This document shows, one piece after another, positions 18,679-28,195 of a stretch of DNA of 64,000 nt (its first letter is position 1; the number at the start of each line of letters is the position of its first letter). Source of the DNA: a virus; IMG/VR virus record IMGVR_UViG_3300027971_000031, positions 32,001-96,000 of that record; one strand, given 5' to 3'. A program made the translations under genes and the position numbers. Under the pieces are notes generated by a model. It ran no database searches, was not told the origin of the DNA, and saw only the letters and a program-made list of their open reading frames with translations.

Positions 18679-19479
18679 ATTAACTATTATAAAATTAAAA
18701 AAAAAAAGTATTACAAAACAACTAGCGCGAGCAAGCCGACTGCTCACATCACAAAGAAAAAGTCGCGTTTAAAAATCTACAATGGTAATGTCGTATTCCT
18801 TAACGACAAAGATAATTTCGAATTCGAAATTCATAATCCAAAACAAACATCGGTTCTTTGTAAAATCAAACTGAATGGTCAGTATATCTCTAAAAGTGGT
18901 ATTATTTTACGACCAGGTCAAAGGGTGTTTTTAGAACGTTTCCTTGACTCAAATAACAAGTTTGAGTTCAGTACCTATGAAGTTAAAGATACGTCCGAGA
19001 ATCGTGATGCAATTGACTTAAATGGAGATGTAATGGTTGAGTTCTACGATGAACAGGAAGTTAGGATTTACCCTCACCTTTCAGGTGGAAATTGGGGTAG
19101 TGGTTGGACAACTATTAATACAGGTTCTCCATATTATGGTGATATAACTTTTACCAATAACTCATCAACTACATATGTTTCTACCACATCTCTTAATAGT
19201 CTGACCAATACAGTTGAAGGTCCAAACATTAGAAGTGTTAAATCTAAAAAATCTATTGAAACAGGTAGGGTTGAAAAAGGTGAAAAATCAAATCAACAAT
19301 TTACCAATTCATCAAATCAAACTTTTAATTTTTTGGTATCTAACTCTATAAGATTTAAAATATTACCATTAGGTAATAAAAATGTCACCACAGAGGATAT
19401 TAAACATTACTGTACCGAATGTGGTATCAAGACAAAATCAAAATATAAATTTTGTCCGTCTTGTGGTAAAAAATTGTAA
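18637..19479 (+). CDS. Hypothetical protein with C-terminal double CxxC zinc ribbon; start codon uncertain
   Basis: CTECG...KFCPSCG C-terminus; the expected start position reads AAG (18706) after an A11 run; the called start is an upstream TTG. Confidence 0.65.
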   Translation: MLSVHGHKGIGNIVINYYKIKKKKYYKTTSASKPTAHITKKKSRLKIYNGNVVFLNDKDNFEFEIHNPKQTSVLCKIKLNGQYISKSGIILRPGQRVFLERFLDSNNKFEFSTYEVKDTSENRDAIDLNGDVMVEFYDEQEVRIYPHLSGGNWGSGWTTINTGSPYYGDITFTNNSSTTYVSTTSLNSLTNTVEGPNIRSVKSKKSIETGRVEKGEKSNQQFTNSSNQTFNFLVSNSIRFKILPLGNKNVTTEDIKHYCTECGIKTKSKYKFCPSCGKKL

Positions 19480-19484
19480 GATAT

Positions 19485-19517
19485 AAAAAAAGGGGTTCCG
19501 TGAGACCCCTTTTTTTA
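19485..19517. terminator. Bidirectional terminator between convergent genes
   Basis: A7-GGGGTT-ccgtga-GACCCC-T7. Confidence 0.8.
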
Positions 19518-19721
19518 TTTTAGCATTCTAAGTGATTTAGAAACAATTTCAGATTCGGTTAACGAATATAATCCATTCTTATATGCCATTTGAACGGCTC
19601 TAATTAACATAAATTTTGCCTGTTCTTCTGTTAAGTTATCTATTAGATTTTCAATATCTTCAGGTTTGTATATTGCAACGTCCTCAAATAGAAAGGCGAT
19701 TGGTTGTTTTTCTTGTTCCAT
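19515..19721 (-). CDS. Hypothetical protein
   Basis: 68-aa ORF ending at the bidirectional terminator. Confidence 0.7.
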   Translation of the reverse strand: MEQEKQPIAFLFEDVAIYKPEDIENLIDNLTEEQAKFMLIRAVQMAYKNGLYSLTESEIVSKSLRMLK

Positions 19722-19752
19722 AATGTATTAACGATATATTTATAGTAAGTAT

Positions 19753-20445
19753 ATGAAAAGAAATAGAATTAGTGAAGCCACAGGTTCGGGAAGTGCGGGA
19801 AACTTCAAAGTACCAATAGTATTATCTCCACAACCGTGGACAGAAGACCAAGTTGCACCATTTACTAATCCTGTTTATAGTTATAATAATGCAGAGTTGG
19901 CATATGAAGAAGCTGACGGTGATTTTAAAGAAACACCTGAAGAACGAGCTCGAATAGAAAAAAGGACAGATAGAATTGCTCAAGTGGATAGATACCTAAA
20001 AAGTTTCTATACTGGTCAAAATGATGAAGATGGGAGTAATGTTGCGGATATTGAAGACCCTGAGAAAATCATACAACAAGCGGTTGGACCACTTAAAGAA
20101 GATTTAGCTGTTTGGTTTGGAACAAAGAAAAAACCAAAAGGTTCGTCACAACCAAAAGGTCCTTGGGTTAATATTTGTAGAAAAAAAGAAGGTGGTGGTC
20201 ACCCACCATGTGGAAGACCTGAATCTTCAGATAAAGGATATCCAAAATGTAGAGCCGCAGGGGTTGCATCTAAAATGAGTGATTCTGAAAAGAAATCTGC
20301 GTGTGCTCAAAAAAGAAAAGAAGAGAAAAAAGACCCAAAAGTTGGTACAGGTAATAAACCAACTATGGTATCTTACAAACCAAAAAATGAATCATTAAAG
20401 GACGTAATAAAAAATGTTCTTAATGAATATAAAACATCTATTTGA
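19753..20445 (+). CDS. Hypothetical protein with WF/WV-C..PCGR..GYPKCR module (DUF5872-like C-half), putative internal virion protein
   Basis: EDLAVWFG...PWVNIC...PPCGR.....GYPKCR; TATTTATA at 19737-19744. Confidence 0.6.
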   Translation: MKRNRISEATGSGSAGNFKVPIVLSPQPWTEDQVAPFTNPVYSYNNAELAYEEADGDFKETPEERARIEKRTDRIAQVDRYLKSFYTGQNDEDGSNVADIEDPEKIIQQAVGPLKEDLAVWFGTKKKPKGSSQPKGPWVNICRKKEGGGHPPCGRPESSDKGYPKCRAAGVASKMSDSEKKSACAQKRKEEKKDPKVGTGNKPTMVSYKPKNESLKDVIKNVLNEYKTSI

Positions 20446-20740
20446 TAACACTATCATTAAATGATGTTGTATCTATTTTTTTAGGTTGAATTAATTTAGT
20501 TTCTTTTTTTGGTATTAAAACATTAATTGGTTTTGGACGTTCAATAAAAAGAGTATCGTGTATAATTTCTTTTTCAAAGGTTATTGGCGTTTCAATAACT
20601 TCAATTTTCTCTTTCTTAATTGGGTTATTATTATAAATTGTTTTATAAATGTTAATTGAAACTGATGTAATTAACGCACATACTATTAATATAATTAACA
20701 GCCCAAAATAAAACGTATATTTGAAAGAATTGTTTTTCAT
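20438..20740 (-). CDS. Small membrane-anchored hypothetical protein
   Basis: N-terminal hydrophobic helix FYFGLLIILIVCALITSVSI; IIHDTLFI motif. Confidence 0.65.
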   Translation of the reverse strand: MKNNSFKYTFYFGLLIILIVCALITSVSINIYKTIYNNNPIKKEKIEVIETPITFEKEIIHDTLFIERPKPINVLIPKKETKLIQPKKIDTTSFNDSVIK

Positions 20741-21141
20741 TAGATGCTATGTAATATATTTTGAAGTGAATGTTTAATGTTTGACGTAATTTCTTTTTCA
20801 AAAATTTCTCTACGTTTTTCTACCTCATTATCAAACATAGATACAAGATTTTCCCAACAATTTTTTTCTAAAAAAACCGTATAAGAATATACGTGGTTAA
20901 TTACCTTAACGTTGTTACCCTCTAAAATAACAAATATTTGATGTTCTTCATTTCTAATGTAACGTTTATTAGAAATTGGGGTTAATAATAAAATGGTTTC
21001 TTCTTTATCGATAAGTTTTTTACAAATAGAAATACAATCTCTCTCATATTCCGATTTTTGCATAGGTGGAGTTGATAATCTAACTAAAGAAATGTACCAT
21101 TTTTGAATTGCGCGTTTTAAGTTGTGTGGTGAAAGATTCAT
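20740..21141 (-). CDS. Hypothetical protein
   Basis: 133-aa ORF; host-type -7 element TACTTTTG on minus strand at 21170-21163. Confidence 0.7.
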   Translation of the reverse strand: MNLSPHNLKRAIQKWYISLVRLSTPPMQKSEYERDCISICKKLIDKEETILLLTPISNKRYIRNEEHQIFVILEGNNVKVINHVYSYTVFLEKNCWENLVSMFDNEVEKRREIFEKEITSNIKHSLQNILHSI

Positions 21142-21210
21142 ATGTGTATTTTTATTTGACTACAAAAGTAAACAAAAACTTTAAATAAAAAAACAACTGA
21201 TATAAAAAAA

Positions 21211-21672
21211 TTAACAATAAGCTCCAGAGCACTGTCTTTTACCGTCCAATCCTTTGATTTTACCCTTACATACTTGAACGGCATATCCGTTAGCGTATGC
21301 TGATGGATAAACAGTATATTTTGATTTGGCGGCAGATTTACCTCTTGCACAAAGTGGAGTTCCTGTTTTTTTTCTACCTTCATTCATTTCTTCAAAATCA
21401 ACATATTGTGATTCTTTTTCCATTTCATTTTTTAAGAAATCAAAAACTTGGTCAATATTTGTTTTGGCTTCGGATATATGGTCATCTGCCCAATCATGTC
21501 CATTTTGAAGTATTTGGTCAACTGTTGATGGGTCCATCTCCATAATCATTTCAAGTTGTCTTTTCATCTGTTTTAAATTTGAAAAGAACATATAATTCGT
21601 TTCGTCTTGTTCTGAAAGAACTTTTTTAACAATTCTGTTTAAGTCTGATTCGGTTAATTTTACTGTTTTCAT
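21211..21672 (-). CDS. Putative internal virion protein with PSAYANG module (DUF5872-like N-half)
   Basis: N-terminal MKTVKLTESDLNRIVKKVLSEQ leader; C-terminal AKSKYTVYPSAYANGYAVQVCKG. Confidence 0.6.
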   Translation of the reverse strand: MKTVKLTESDLNRIVKKVLSEQDETNYMFFSNLKQMKRQLEMIMEMDPSTVDQILQNGHDWADDHISEAKTNIDQVFDFLKNEMEKESQYVDFEEMNEGRKKTGTPLCARGKSAAKSKYTVYPSAYANGYAVQVCKGKIKGLDGKRQCSGAYC

Positions 21673-21673
21673 A

Positions 21674-23197
21674 TTATTGTCTGAATGATGTATTATTTGT
21701 TTTGTAATTTACTATGTTAAAAGTTAATTGTCTCTTATAAGTATCTTTCTCTCCTGAAGTGTTCACTTGAATATCAACATAATATTGATTAGGTATTTTA
21801 TCCCTCATATCAAACATGAAATAATATTCATTTGGAGTTCTGTTAACTGGCGTCCAATCTTGAACTAATACTTCAGTTGTTCCTTCTCTAACGTATACTC
21901 TATAAAATGCTGAGATATCTTCTAATGGTGCTTGACCCGTATAAGCCTTTTTAATTGTAACCCCAACCTTTCTAATATCGGTATTAAGGATTTGTTCGTT
22001 TTGTAAAATACCGTAGAACTCAAATCCAAATTTACTTGGTTCTTTGGATGTTGAACCGATTTGAATACCTGCTGTATATTGTTGTAATATAAATTGATTT
22101 GTTACGTTTGGTAATGCTTGACCATTAATTGTTAAACCTGACCATATATCATAAAACATACAAGGAGTTGCCCCTGTAAATCCATTAGGTACAATTACTT
22201 CATAAACTCCTCTTGTTCTTAAACAAGTTGATAATGTTGCCATACCAGGAACGGCATCACCATTTCTGTCTTCAATTCTAACTACAGGGTCAGAATCTAA
22301 ATTGGCAAAATCACCATTTTGATAAATGTATAAATACAATTTATTTGTTTGGTTTTTTAAGAATAGGTTACGGTTGTCTTTAATTAAGTCGTCGTATGTT
22401 GTTTGAAGGAATGGTTGGTAAAATGTTTGAGTATGTCTTGAAAAGAACGCCACACTATAACTGTCAGTTAAACCTGTAATATTTTCAATTTGTGGTAAGT
22501 ATGCAACTCCCCAACCAGTAACACCAGTTATTGTACCATTTAATATACCATTAATTTCATTTGACATATCCATCAATAAATCTTCATTACCAAGTTCAAA
22601 GTGTTGTCTTGCAACAATTGTTAAACCTGAGAAATTTACGGTACCTTCATTCTTGTTGTTATAAACCCCTGGTTGAGACCAATTGTTAATAGTGGATGTC
22701 TGATACCAATTTGATGGTCGAGTCGAATAGGCACGACTATCTACATACGTAAGAGGTGTTGAACCACCATACGGGCTATTTTGATTTTCATTAAAATCTG
22801 TGTAATCATAACCAACACCTTCATCCCAAGTTTGAGGGATTCCTGTTGTTCCTGAAGTTTGAGGAATTCTAAATAAGATTAAATCAAATGATGTCGCTCG
22901 TCTTCTCTCGTTTGACATGAATGTATTTAACAATTCATTATCAAATGATGAGGTGTTTGTCATTTGTAAGACGTGAGTCATACCTGTGGTACATCCTGTA
23001 GAAATTACACCTGATGCAATGTCTTCTCTTAATAAATCTAAATCTAAATCAAATAGGAAACGAGTGTAACCATAATTTGGGATGATATAATCTGACGCAC
23101 CAAAATTTAATTCAACAATAGGGTTTCTACCCGTATTGACATATGAATTTGAAATGATGGTATTGTTCTTATCTATGTACGACCTTAAAATTGACAT
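21674..23197 (-). CDS. Putative virion structural protein (DNRLRE-like N-domain plus Ig-like C-domain)
   Basis: NTGRNPIVEL...RFLFDLDL, WDEGVGYDY, NW......W...G pattern; next to spike gene; TATTTATA upstream at 23217-23210. Confidence 0.55.
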   Translation of the reverse strand: MSILRSYIDKNNTIISNSYVNTGRNPIVELNFGASDYIIPNYGYTRFLFDLDLDLLREDIASGVISTGCTTGMTHVLQMTNTSSFDNELLNTFMSNERRRATSFDLILFRIPQTSGTTGIPQTWDEGVGYDYTDFNENQNSPYGGSTPLTYVDSRAYSTRPSNWYQTSTINNWSQPGVYNNKNEGTVNFSGLTIVARQHFELGNEDLLMDMSNEINGILNGTITGVTGWGVAYLPQIENITGLTDSYSVAFFSRHTQTFYQPFLQTTYDDLIKDNRNLFLKNQTNKLYLYIYQNGDFANLDSDPVVRIEDRNGDAVPGMATLSTCLRTRGVYEVIVPNGFTGATPCMFYDIWSGLTINGQALPNVTNQFILQQYTAGIQIGSTSKEPSKFGFEFYGILQNEQILNTDIRKVGVTIKKAYTGQAPLEDISAFYRVYVREGTTEVLVQDWTPVNRTPNEYYFMFDMRDKIPNQYYVDIQVNTSGEKDTYKRQLTFNIVNYKTNNTSFRQ

Positions 23198-23217
23198 TAA
23201 TTGTTTTAATATAAATA

Positions 23218-24753
23218 TTAGTTAAGTCTAATATTTTCATTAAGAATTTTTGTGTAGGCGTTTTGCATTTCAGTTAATATATCCGTAACAGTTGAACCGT
23301 CTTGAGTTACAGGAACTGGAGGTAAACCAGGGTATGCGTGAGTATGAGTAATTAAGAATCTAACAATCAAGTTAATCAATTCTAAAAGTTCTTCCCCTCT
23401 AACTAAACTTGATGTTTTTGGTAATATTTCATCAACAAATTGGTCTAATGAAATTCCATATAATGTGTCATCAAAATTGATTTTACCTTTACCAGGAATT
23501 GCCGACGTATGAGATAACAAATATAAAGTATCCGCCCCAACCGCTCCATATGTGGTTTGAATTGATTTGTATGTCTCCTGAGGTACAATAGTTGTTTTAA
23601 AGTTAAGTGGTTTTCCAACTTTATCCTTAGCATAAATTAAACCATAACCACCTCGTTTAAGGGCGGGGTATAATTTAATTTGATTGTATATGTCAGAAAC
23701 ATTTTTAAATGCGTCCGCTTCGGTTGTTCCTGTTTGAGTGGTTGATGATGGTGTTATAACAGAATAAGTTATATTATTTGGTCTATAAAATATTGCAAAT
23801 TTATTAAGTTCACTTGTAAATAATGTTTTACCTGAAACGGTTGTTGTTTTGGTATTACACGTTTTAATAAAATTATTTATAAATGTAATAGTTTCTGTTT
23901 TTGTTAATCGTGAAAATTTTTCTTCGGCAACTAAAGATTTTAAAGATTCTTTAACAATTGTACCAACTGTTAAATTTGTGGAGTTTGTCGATAGGTCGGG
24001 TTTTAATTGATAAAGATAAACTGACCCAGTAAAATTATCTTGGGTGTTTTCAGGATTTGTGATAACCCATTCAATTAAGTATTTAACTTGAACTACGATT
24101 TCATTTGTCTCTGTTACAATTTTATTTGGTAATGGTACTTTTGATTGATTAAATCTTGAGAGTTGTAAAAATCCTCGTTGTTGGTTTGCCACAGGTGGAA
24201 CATTTGGTACTAATTCAGCACCTTTAAATTTACCTGCTCTAAGTAATACCGTATCTTGTTTTGTAATAACATCGGCACTTCCCCTACCTAAAATGGCATT
24301 ATCACCTGGCTCAGGAAATACACCCTTGTGAACCGCTTTGTCGGTATAAGTACCATCTTGGTTTTTTAAAGGTTTTGGATTTTTTAATTGTGTACCTGTA
24401 CCTGTAAACTTATTACCACCTTGATAATATTCATAACCCGTTGTTGTCGGACTTGAAAATGTATTTTGGACGTAATATTGGTTTTGATATTTAAAATCTT
24501 TATTCACATAAAGTACTTGAGCCATTTCTGTTGGCTTTGGTACTTGATACATGAAATATGGCATAAGGGGACTAAAGACAAAAGGGTCTCTTGTCGTCCA
24601 AATATCTTTTTCTTCATTCCAAGGTGGGTCAGTAATTGACTTGACTATGTCGTTATAGTTATCAATTAAAAGTTTTGCTCGAATCCTACCCAACATCATT
24701 GGGTCTTGATTACTTATAACCGATACCTGAAAAAATATTGTATTATCATCCAT
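23218..24753 (-). CDS. Baseplate central spike/hub protein (gp5/gpV-like)
   Basis: N-terminal OB-fold motif VISNQDPMMLGRIRA...P..P......PK..E.V; GDNAILGRG; C-terminal metal-binding HTH (THTHAYPG). Confidence 0.75.
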   Translation of the reverse strand: MDDNTIFFQVSVISNQDPMMLGRIRAKLLIDNYNDIVKSITDPPWNEEKDIWTTRDPFVFSPLMPYFMYQVPKPTEMAQVLYVNKDFKYQNQYYVQNTFSSPTTTGYEYYQGGNKFTGTGTQLKNPKPLKNQDGTYTDKAVHKGVFPEPGDNAILGRGSADVITKQDTVLLRAGKFKGAELVPNVPPVANQQRGFLQLSRFNQSKVPLPNKIVTETNEIVVQVKYLIEWVITNPENTQDNFTGSVYLYQLKPDLSTNSTNLTVGTIVKESLKSLVAEEKFSRLTKTETITFINNFIKTCNTKTTTVSGKTLFTSELNKFAIFYRPNNITYSVITPSSTTQTGTTEADAFKNVSDIYNQIKLYPALKRGGYGLIYAKDKVGKPLNFKTTIVPQETYKSIQTTYGAVGADTLYLLSHTSAIPGKGKINFDDTLYGISLDQFVDEILPKTSSLVRGEELLELINLIVRFLITHTHAYPGLPPVPVTQDGSTVTDILTEMQNAYTKILNENIRLN

Positions 24754-24956
24754 TATTTTCTAGATTGAAACTCTTTAAGAGTATTGTTATATAGTTCTTC
24801 AAGTTTATCCAAATACATTGTTAAATTAATAATGTTTTCTTTGGTCAACTCAAAATCAGTGGTTAAAATATCCATAGCCTCAATTAATTTTGAATTAGGT
24901 TGTTCTTTCAAATTATTTTGTAAATTTACAATATTTTCAAATTCTTCTTTTTTCAT
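24753..24956 (-). CDS. Hypothetical protein
   Basis: 67-aa coiled-coil ORF coupled to neighbours. Confidence 0.65.
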   Translation of the reverse strand: MKKEEFENIVNLQNNLKEQPNSKLIEAMDILTTDFELTKENIINLTMYLDKLEELYNNTLKEFQSRK

Positions 24957-24957
24957 A

Positions 24958-27060
24958 TTATTTTGGTTTTATCCAATTTTTAACAAGCATTCCGTCAGAT
25001 GTTACTCCAAATGAGTCAGCAGTTCCATTTTCTGCCTGTTCTTTATCCGCCCCTTTGTTTGCCGATAAGTTAAATAATAACATTACATTTGGTGAACCAT
25101 CAGGTAAAGTACCTGTCGGTATTCCAAGTTTTTGTAATTGTTCTATTGTATTAATAGTTGACCTTTCAGGTGATGTTCCCGGTAAAAACTCTGTTAATAG
25201 TAACAATGCGTTTGGTATTTTTGAACCTGGAGGTGCTAAACTATTTAATAAATTTAGTATTTTTAAAATTTCATCAACTAAAGATTTACATTTTCGATAA
25301 TCATTAACCCCCCTTGCAACTTGTTGAAGAATTAATGCAATATTAACTAATCTTTGAACTGTTAAATATTTTTTCTCTAATCTTCCTTTTGCAATATCTG
25401 TAATAACAGGTTTTAAAAGATTAATTAAATCTTTTTTTAATATTTGAAAAAGTTGTTCTATAAAAATTGAACCAACTCTTGATGTTACTTGGATGTTAAA
25501 AGTTTTGAATGTTTTGGCAAAATCAACTTGATTATTAATGATATTATTAACGATACCATTAATTGTGTTTGCGCTTTGAGTATATGTGTTTGCGGATGTA
25601 ACCGCTTGGTTATAAACATTCGTACCTTGACTTTCAAGTACTTGTAATAAAACAAAAATTGGAAATAAAACTTTTGGACTTAAAATTGAACCAGCAACTG
25701 CCAATGGGATTTGGTTAATAAATTCTTGATTTAAAATTTGACCATCAAAATTTGTTGGTAAAAAAACTTTCCAATCGGGATTTTCAACTAATGTGTTAGT
25801 AATATCAATAATATTTTGAACTTGTTCTTCGGTTGACAAATCTTCTTTATCTCGAAACCCAATTAATTCATCAATTATTGTTTCATAATCAACGGGTACT
25901 TGTACATTATCGCAATCAACAAGTTCTATAATACCATTTTGGATATTATTTATTCTTATGTCAATATTTCTTAAATCGACTTCTGTTGTTTCAAAAAATG
26001 TTTCATCAACACCATCTAACTCTGCAATTTTTGAAATCCCACTAACATCTATTTCTTTTCTTGAATCAAAACAAAGACCTAATATTCTTTGAAGAAAGAT
26101 TAAAAACTTTGTTTGTTCTGTAATCTCTTCGCTACCCAAGTTTGCTTTAATATCAATTGCACCTGAAACAATATTCATTAGTGTTGCGGTAAAATCGACA
26201 GTATCTATTAATTTAATTGTACCGTAATAATCTTGTAATAAATCTATTACTTTATTTACGGTACCTCCAGTTACTGTTGATGTCGCATTTACTTTTGATA
26301 TTAATGCGACTCTATAACATGCTTGGTCAACCCCAAATTGGTTTGTTGGACTATATTGAAAATCAAATAAATCTTGACCTGAAACACCTTGATAATATTT
26401 ACCATATTCACCCTTATATGATTTTGAAAAATTTGAACCGGTTAATCTTTGATTAAATTCTTTATTCATTGGAAATGGTCTTATACCTCCATAAGGTAAG
26501 AAATTACCCGTTTGTACGTTAGGTGTTTGTTTTTCATATATTACTTTACCAACTCTTGAAGTTGTGGATATTTTTAATATACTAGCAATATCCATAGATT
26601 GAATGGGTACGTATATTCCTTGTCCCACAGGTAAAGTTTCTAAAGGATTAGCATCTAAATCTGTGGAAGTAAAAGCTTGAAATGTTTGTTCTTGTGAACA
26701 ACCTAATGCCTTTAACGCTTCTTCACTAATAATTTTTTTAATATCTGGCTCAATTTTAGTTACAGTTTCTAATAATTTTTTCTTAAGATATCTTGAAGTT
26801 TCTGAACCAGAGCCACTTGATAATTTTAACAATTCAAATAATTGGTTAAATGTCGTTGGTTGATTTCTTAAATATCGTTTTTGTTGGTCAGCAACTTTAT
26901 TTAATTGTGATGCAACATCTGGTATTGCTGGTGATTGTGAATTTCCAGCACTACTTTTTAATTTTTTTGCAGATTTAGAAACCTCAGTATAATTTTTAAT
27001 TGAACTGATTTTACTTTGGGAAGAATCGTATCCTTCCGTTAAATCAACAATTGTTCCCAT
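24958..27060 (-). CDS. Hypothetical protein, probably baseplate/tail-associated
   Basis: 700-aa ORF in the same operon as the spike gene. Confidence 0.7.
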   Translation of the reverse strand: MGTIVDLTEGYDSSQSKISSIKNYTEVSKSAKKLKSSAGNSQSPAIPDVASQLNKVADQQKRYLRNQPTTFNQLFELLKLSSGSGSETSRYLKKKLLETVTKIEPDIKKIISEEALKALGCSQEQTFQAFTSTDLDANPLETLPVGQGIYVPIQSMDIASILKISTTSRVGKVIYEKQTPNVQTGNFLPYGGIRPFPMNKEFNQRLTGSNFSKSYKGEYGKYYQGVSGQDLFDFQYSPTNQFGVDQACYRVALISKVNATSTVTGGTVNKVIDLLQDYYGTIKLIDTVDFTATLMNIVSGAIDIKANLGSEEITEQTKFLIFLQRILGLCFDSRKEIDVSGISKIAELDGVDETFFETTEVDLRNIDIRINNIQNGIIELVDCDNVQVPVDYETIIDELIGFRDKEDLSTEEQVQNIIDITNTLVENPDWKVFLPTNFDGQILNQEFINQIPLAVAGSILSPKVLFPIFVLLQVLESQGTNVYNQAVTSANTYTQSANTINGIVNNIINNQVDFAKTFKTFNIQVTSRVGSIFIEQLFQILKKDLINLLKPVITDIAKGRLEKKYLTVQRLVNIALILQQVARGVNDYRKCKSLVDEILKILNLLNSLAPPGSKIPNALLLLTEFLPGTSPERSTINTIEQLQKLGIPTGTLPDGSPNVMLLFNLSANKGADKEQAENGTADSFGVTSDGMLVKNWIKPK

Positions 27061-27061
27061 A

Positions 27062-27430
27062 TTATTTCATTTTGTACGATTGTTCATCGTTAGAAACATC
27101 TTTGTCAATTAGATTTTGAATTAAGTCATCATCCAAATCCGCAAGCGAAAATGATTCGGTATTGTTATTATTTGATTTTTCCCAAATACCCGATTGTAAT
27201 TTGGATAAACTAATTTTTTTCTCAACACAATCATTAACAATTTTTTGTTGTTTTTCAATAACGGGTCCAATTGTAGTCATGTCTTCAGGGTCTTTTAACA
27301 TTGTTAACATTTTATTTTGAATCCTTATTGCGGTCTGTCTTTGTTCTACAAGTTCATTATATATTTCTTGCATTAAAGATAATATTGAATCTTTAGTAAA
27401 ATTAATTTCTTTACGTTGTGGTCTTGGCAT
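27062..27430 (-). CDS. Hypothetical protein
   Basis: 122-aa ORF; TATTTATA 3 nt upstream of ATG (27441-27434). Confidence 0.75.
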   Translation of the reverse strand: MPRPQRKEINFTKDSILSLMQEIYNELVEQRQTAIRIQNKMLTMLKDPEDMTTIGPVIEKQQKIVNDCVEKKISLSKLQSGIWEKSNNNNTESFSLADLDDDLIQNLIDKDVSNDEQSYKMK

Positions 27431-27445
27431 ATCTATAAATACTTT

Positions 27446-28195
27446 TTAATCAGTTTTCATTTTTGAATGAATCAAAATATATAATTTTTTAAATCTTTTG
27501 ATTGAACTTCTAATTTCTTTTGTACTAAGATTTGTCATTTCCCTTAAAGATAAAAGGATAACATTTTTATTAAATTTGTTATTATCTGCTCCTGAAAATA
27601 TTGATTCATAATTTTCAAATAAATCTATTAAAGCATAACCTAATTTTCTTTCATTGTCGTTTAAATTTTCATTTTCAATAAAATCTCGTAGTTCACTTAA
27701 ATATTTTGAAATAATTACGGTAGTATCAATCTCTTCCTCATCAATACGATACATCATGTCAGGTCTTTCTTCGATACTTTGAGACATATCCTCATAAGAA
27801 ACTTTTCGATTAGTTTCCTTTTGGTCTTTAATGATTTGACCCATTAAATAATTTTTACAGATAGTTCCAAAATATGAATAAGCCTTTTTTTCTTTTGCAG
27901 GTTTAAATTTATCAACCTTTGTCATTAAAAAAGAATGTGTGTCGCAATGAATTTCAACAAAATCCATATCTTTACGATATAATTTATATCGTCGTATGAT
28001 TGATGAAATCATCTTATCTAAAGGCCCTCGTAAATATTCGTTATATATTTTGTTTTTTTCTTCAGAAGTTTCAGCTAGTAAAAAACTCCTAACAGCATCT
28101 TCCTCTCTAACATCAAAATAATTTACATTTACCGTTTTTCTACCTCTTTTTTTGGATGAAACATCTTCTGTTGTTGCAGATAGAGTTTCTAACAT
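27446..28195 (-). CDS. Phage sigma factor, T4 gp55-like late transcription factor
   Basis: NYF.......V..F...; KFKP....KAYSYFGTICKNYL (sigma region 2-like, cf. gp55 NPFAYFTQI); helical C-terminus LREMTNLSTKEI. Confidence 0.7.
   Translation of the reverse strand: MLETLSATTEDVSSKKRGRKTVNVNYFDVREEDAVRSFLLAETSEEKNKIYNEYLRGPLDKMISSIIRRYKLYRKDMDFVEIHCDTHSFLMTKVDKFKPAKEKKAYSYFGTICKNYLMGQIIKDQKETNRKVSYEDMSQSIEERPDMMYRIDEEEIDTTVIISKYLSELRDFIENENLNDNERKLGYALIDLFENYESIFSGADNNKFNKNVILLSLREMTNLSTKEIRSSIKRFKKLYILIHSKMKTD

Noticed and set aside
21138-21545. Small overlapping ORFs 21138-21383, 21297-21545 and 21326-21508 (and similar short nested ORFs elsewhere)
   Set aside because: They overlap better-supported genes in other frames and lack recognisable motifs
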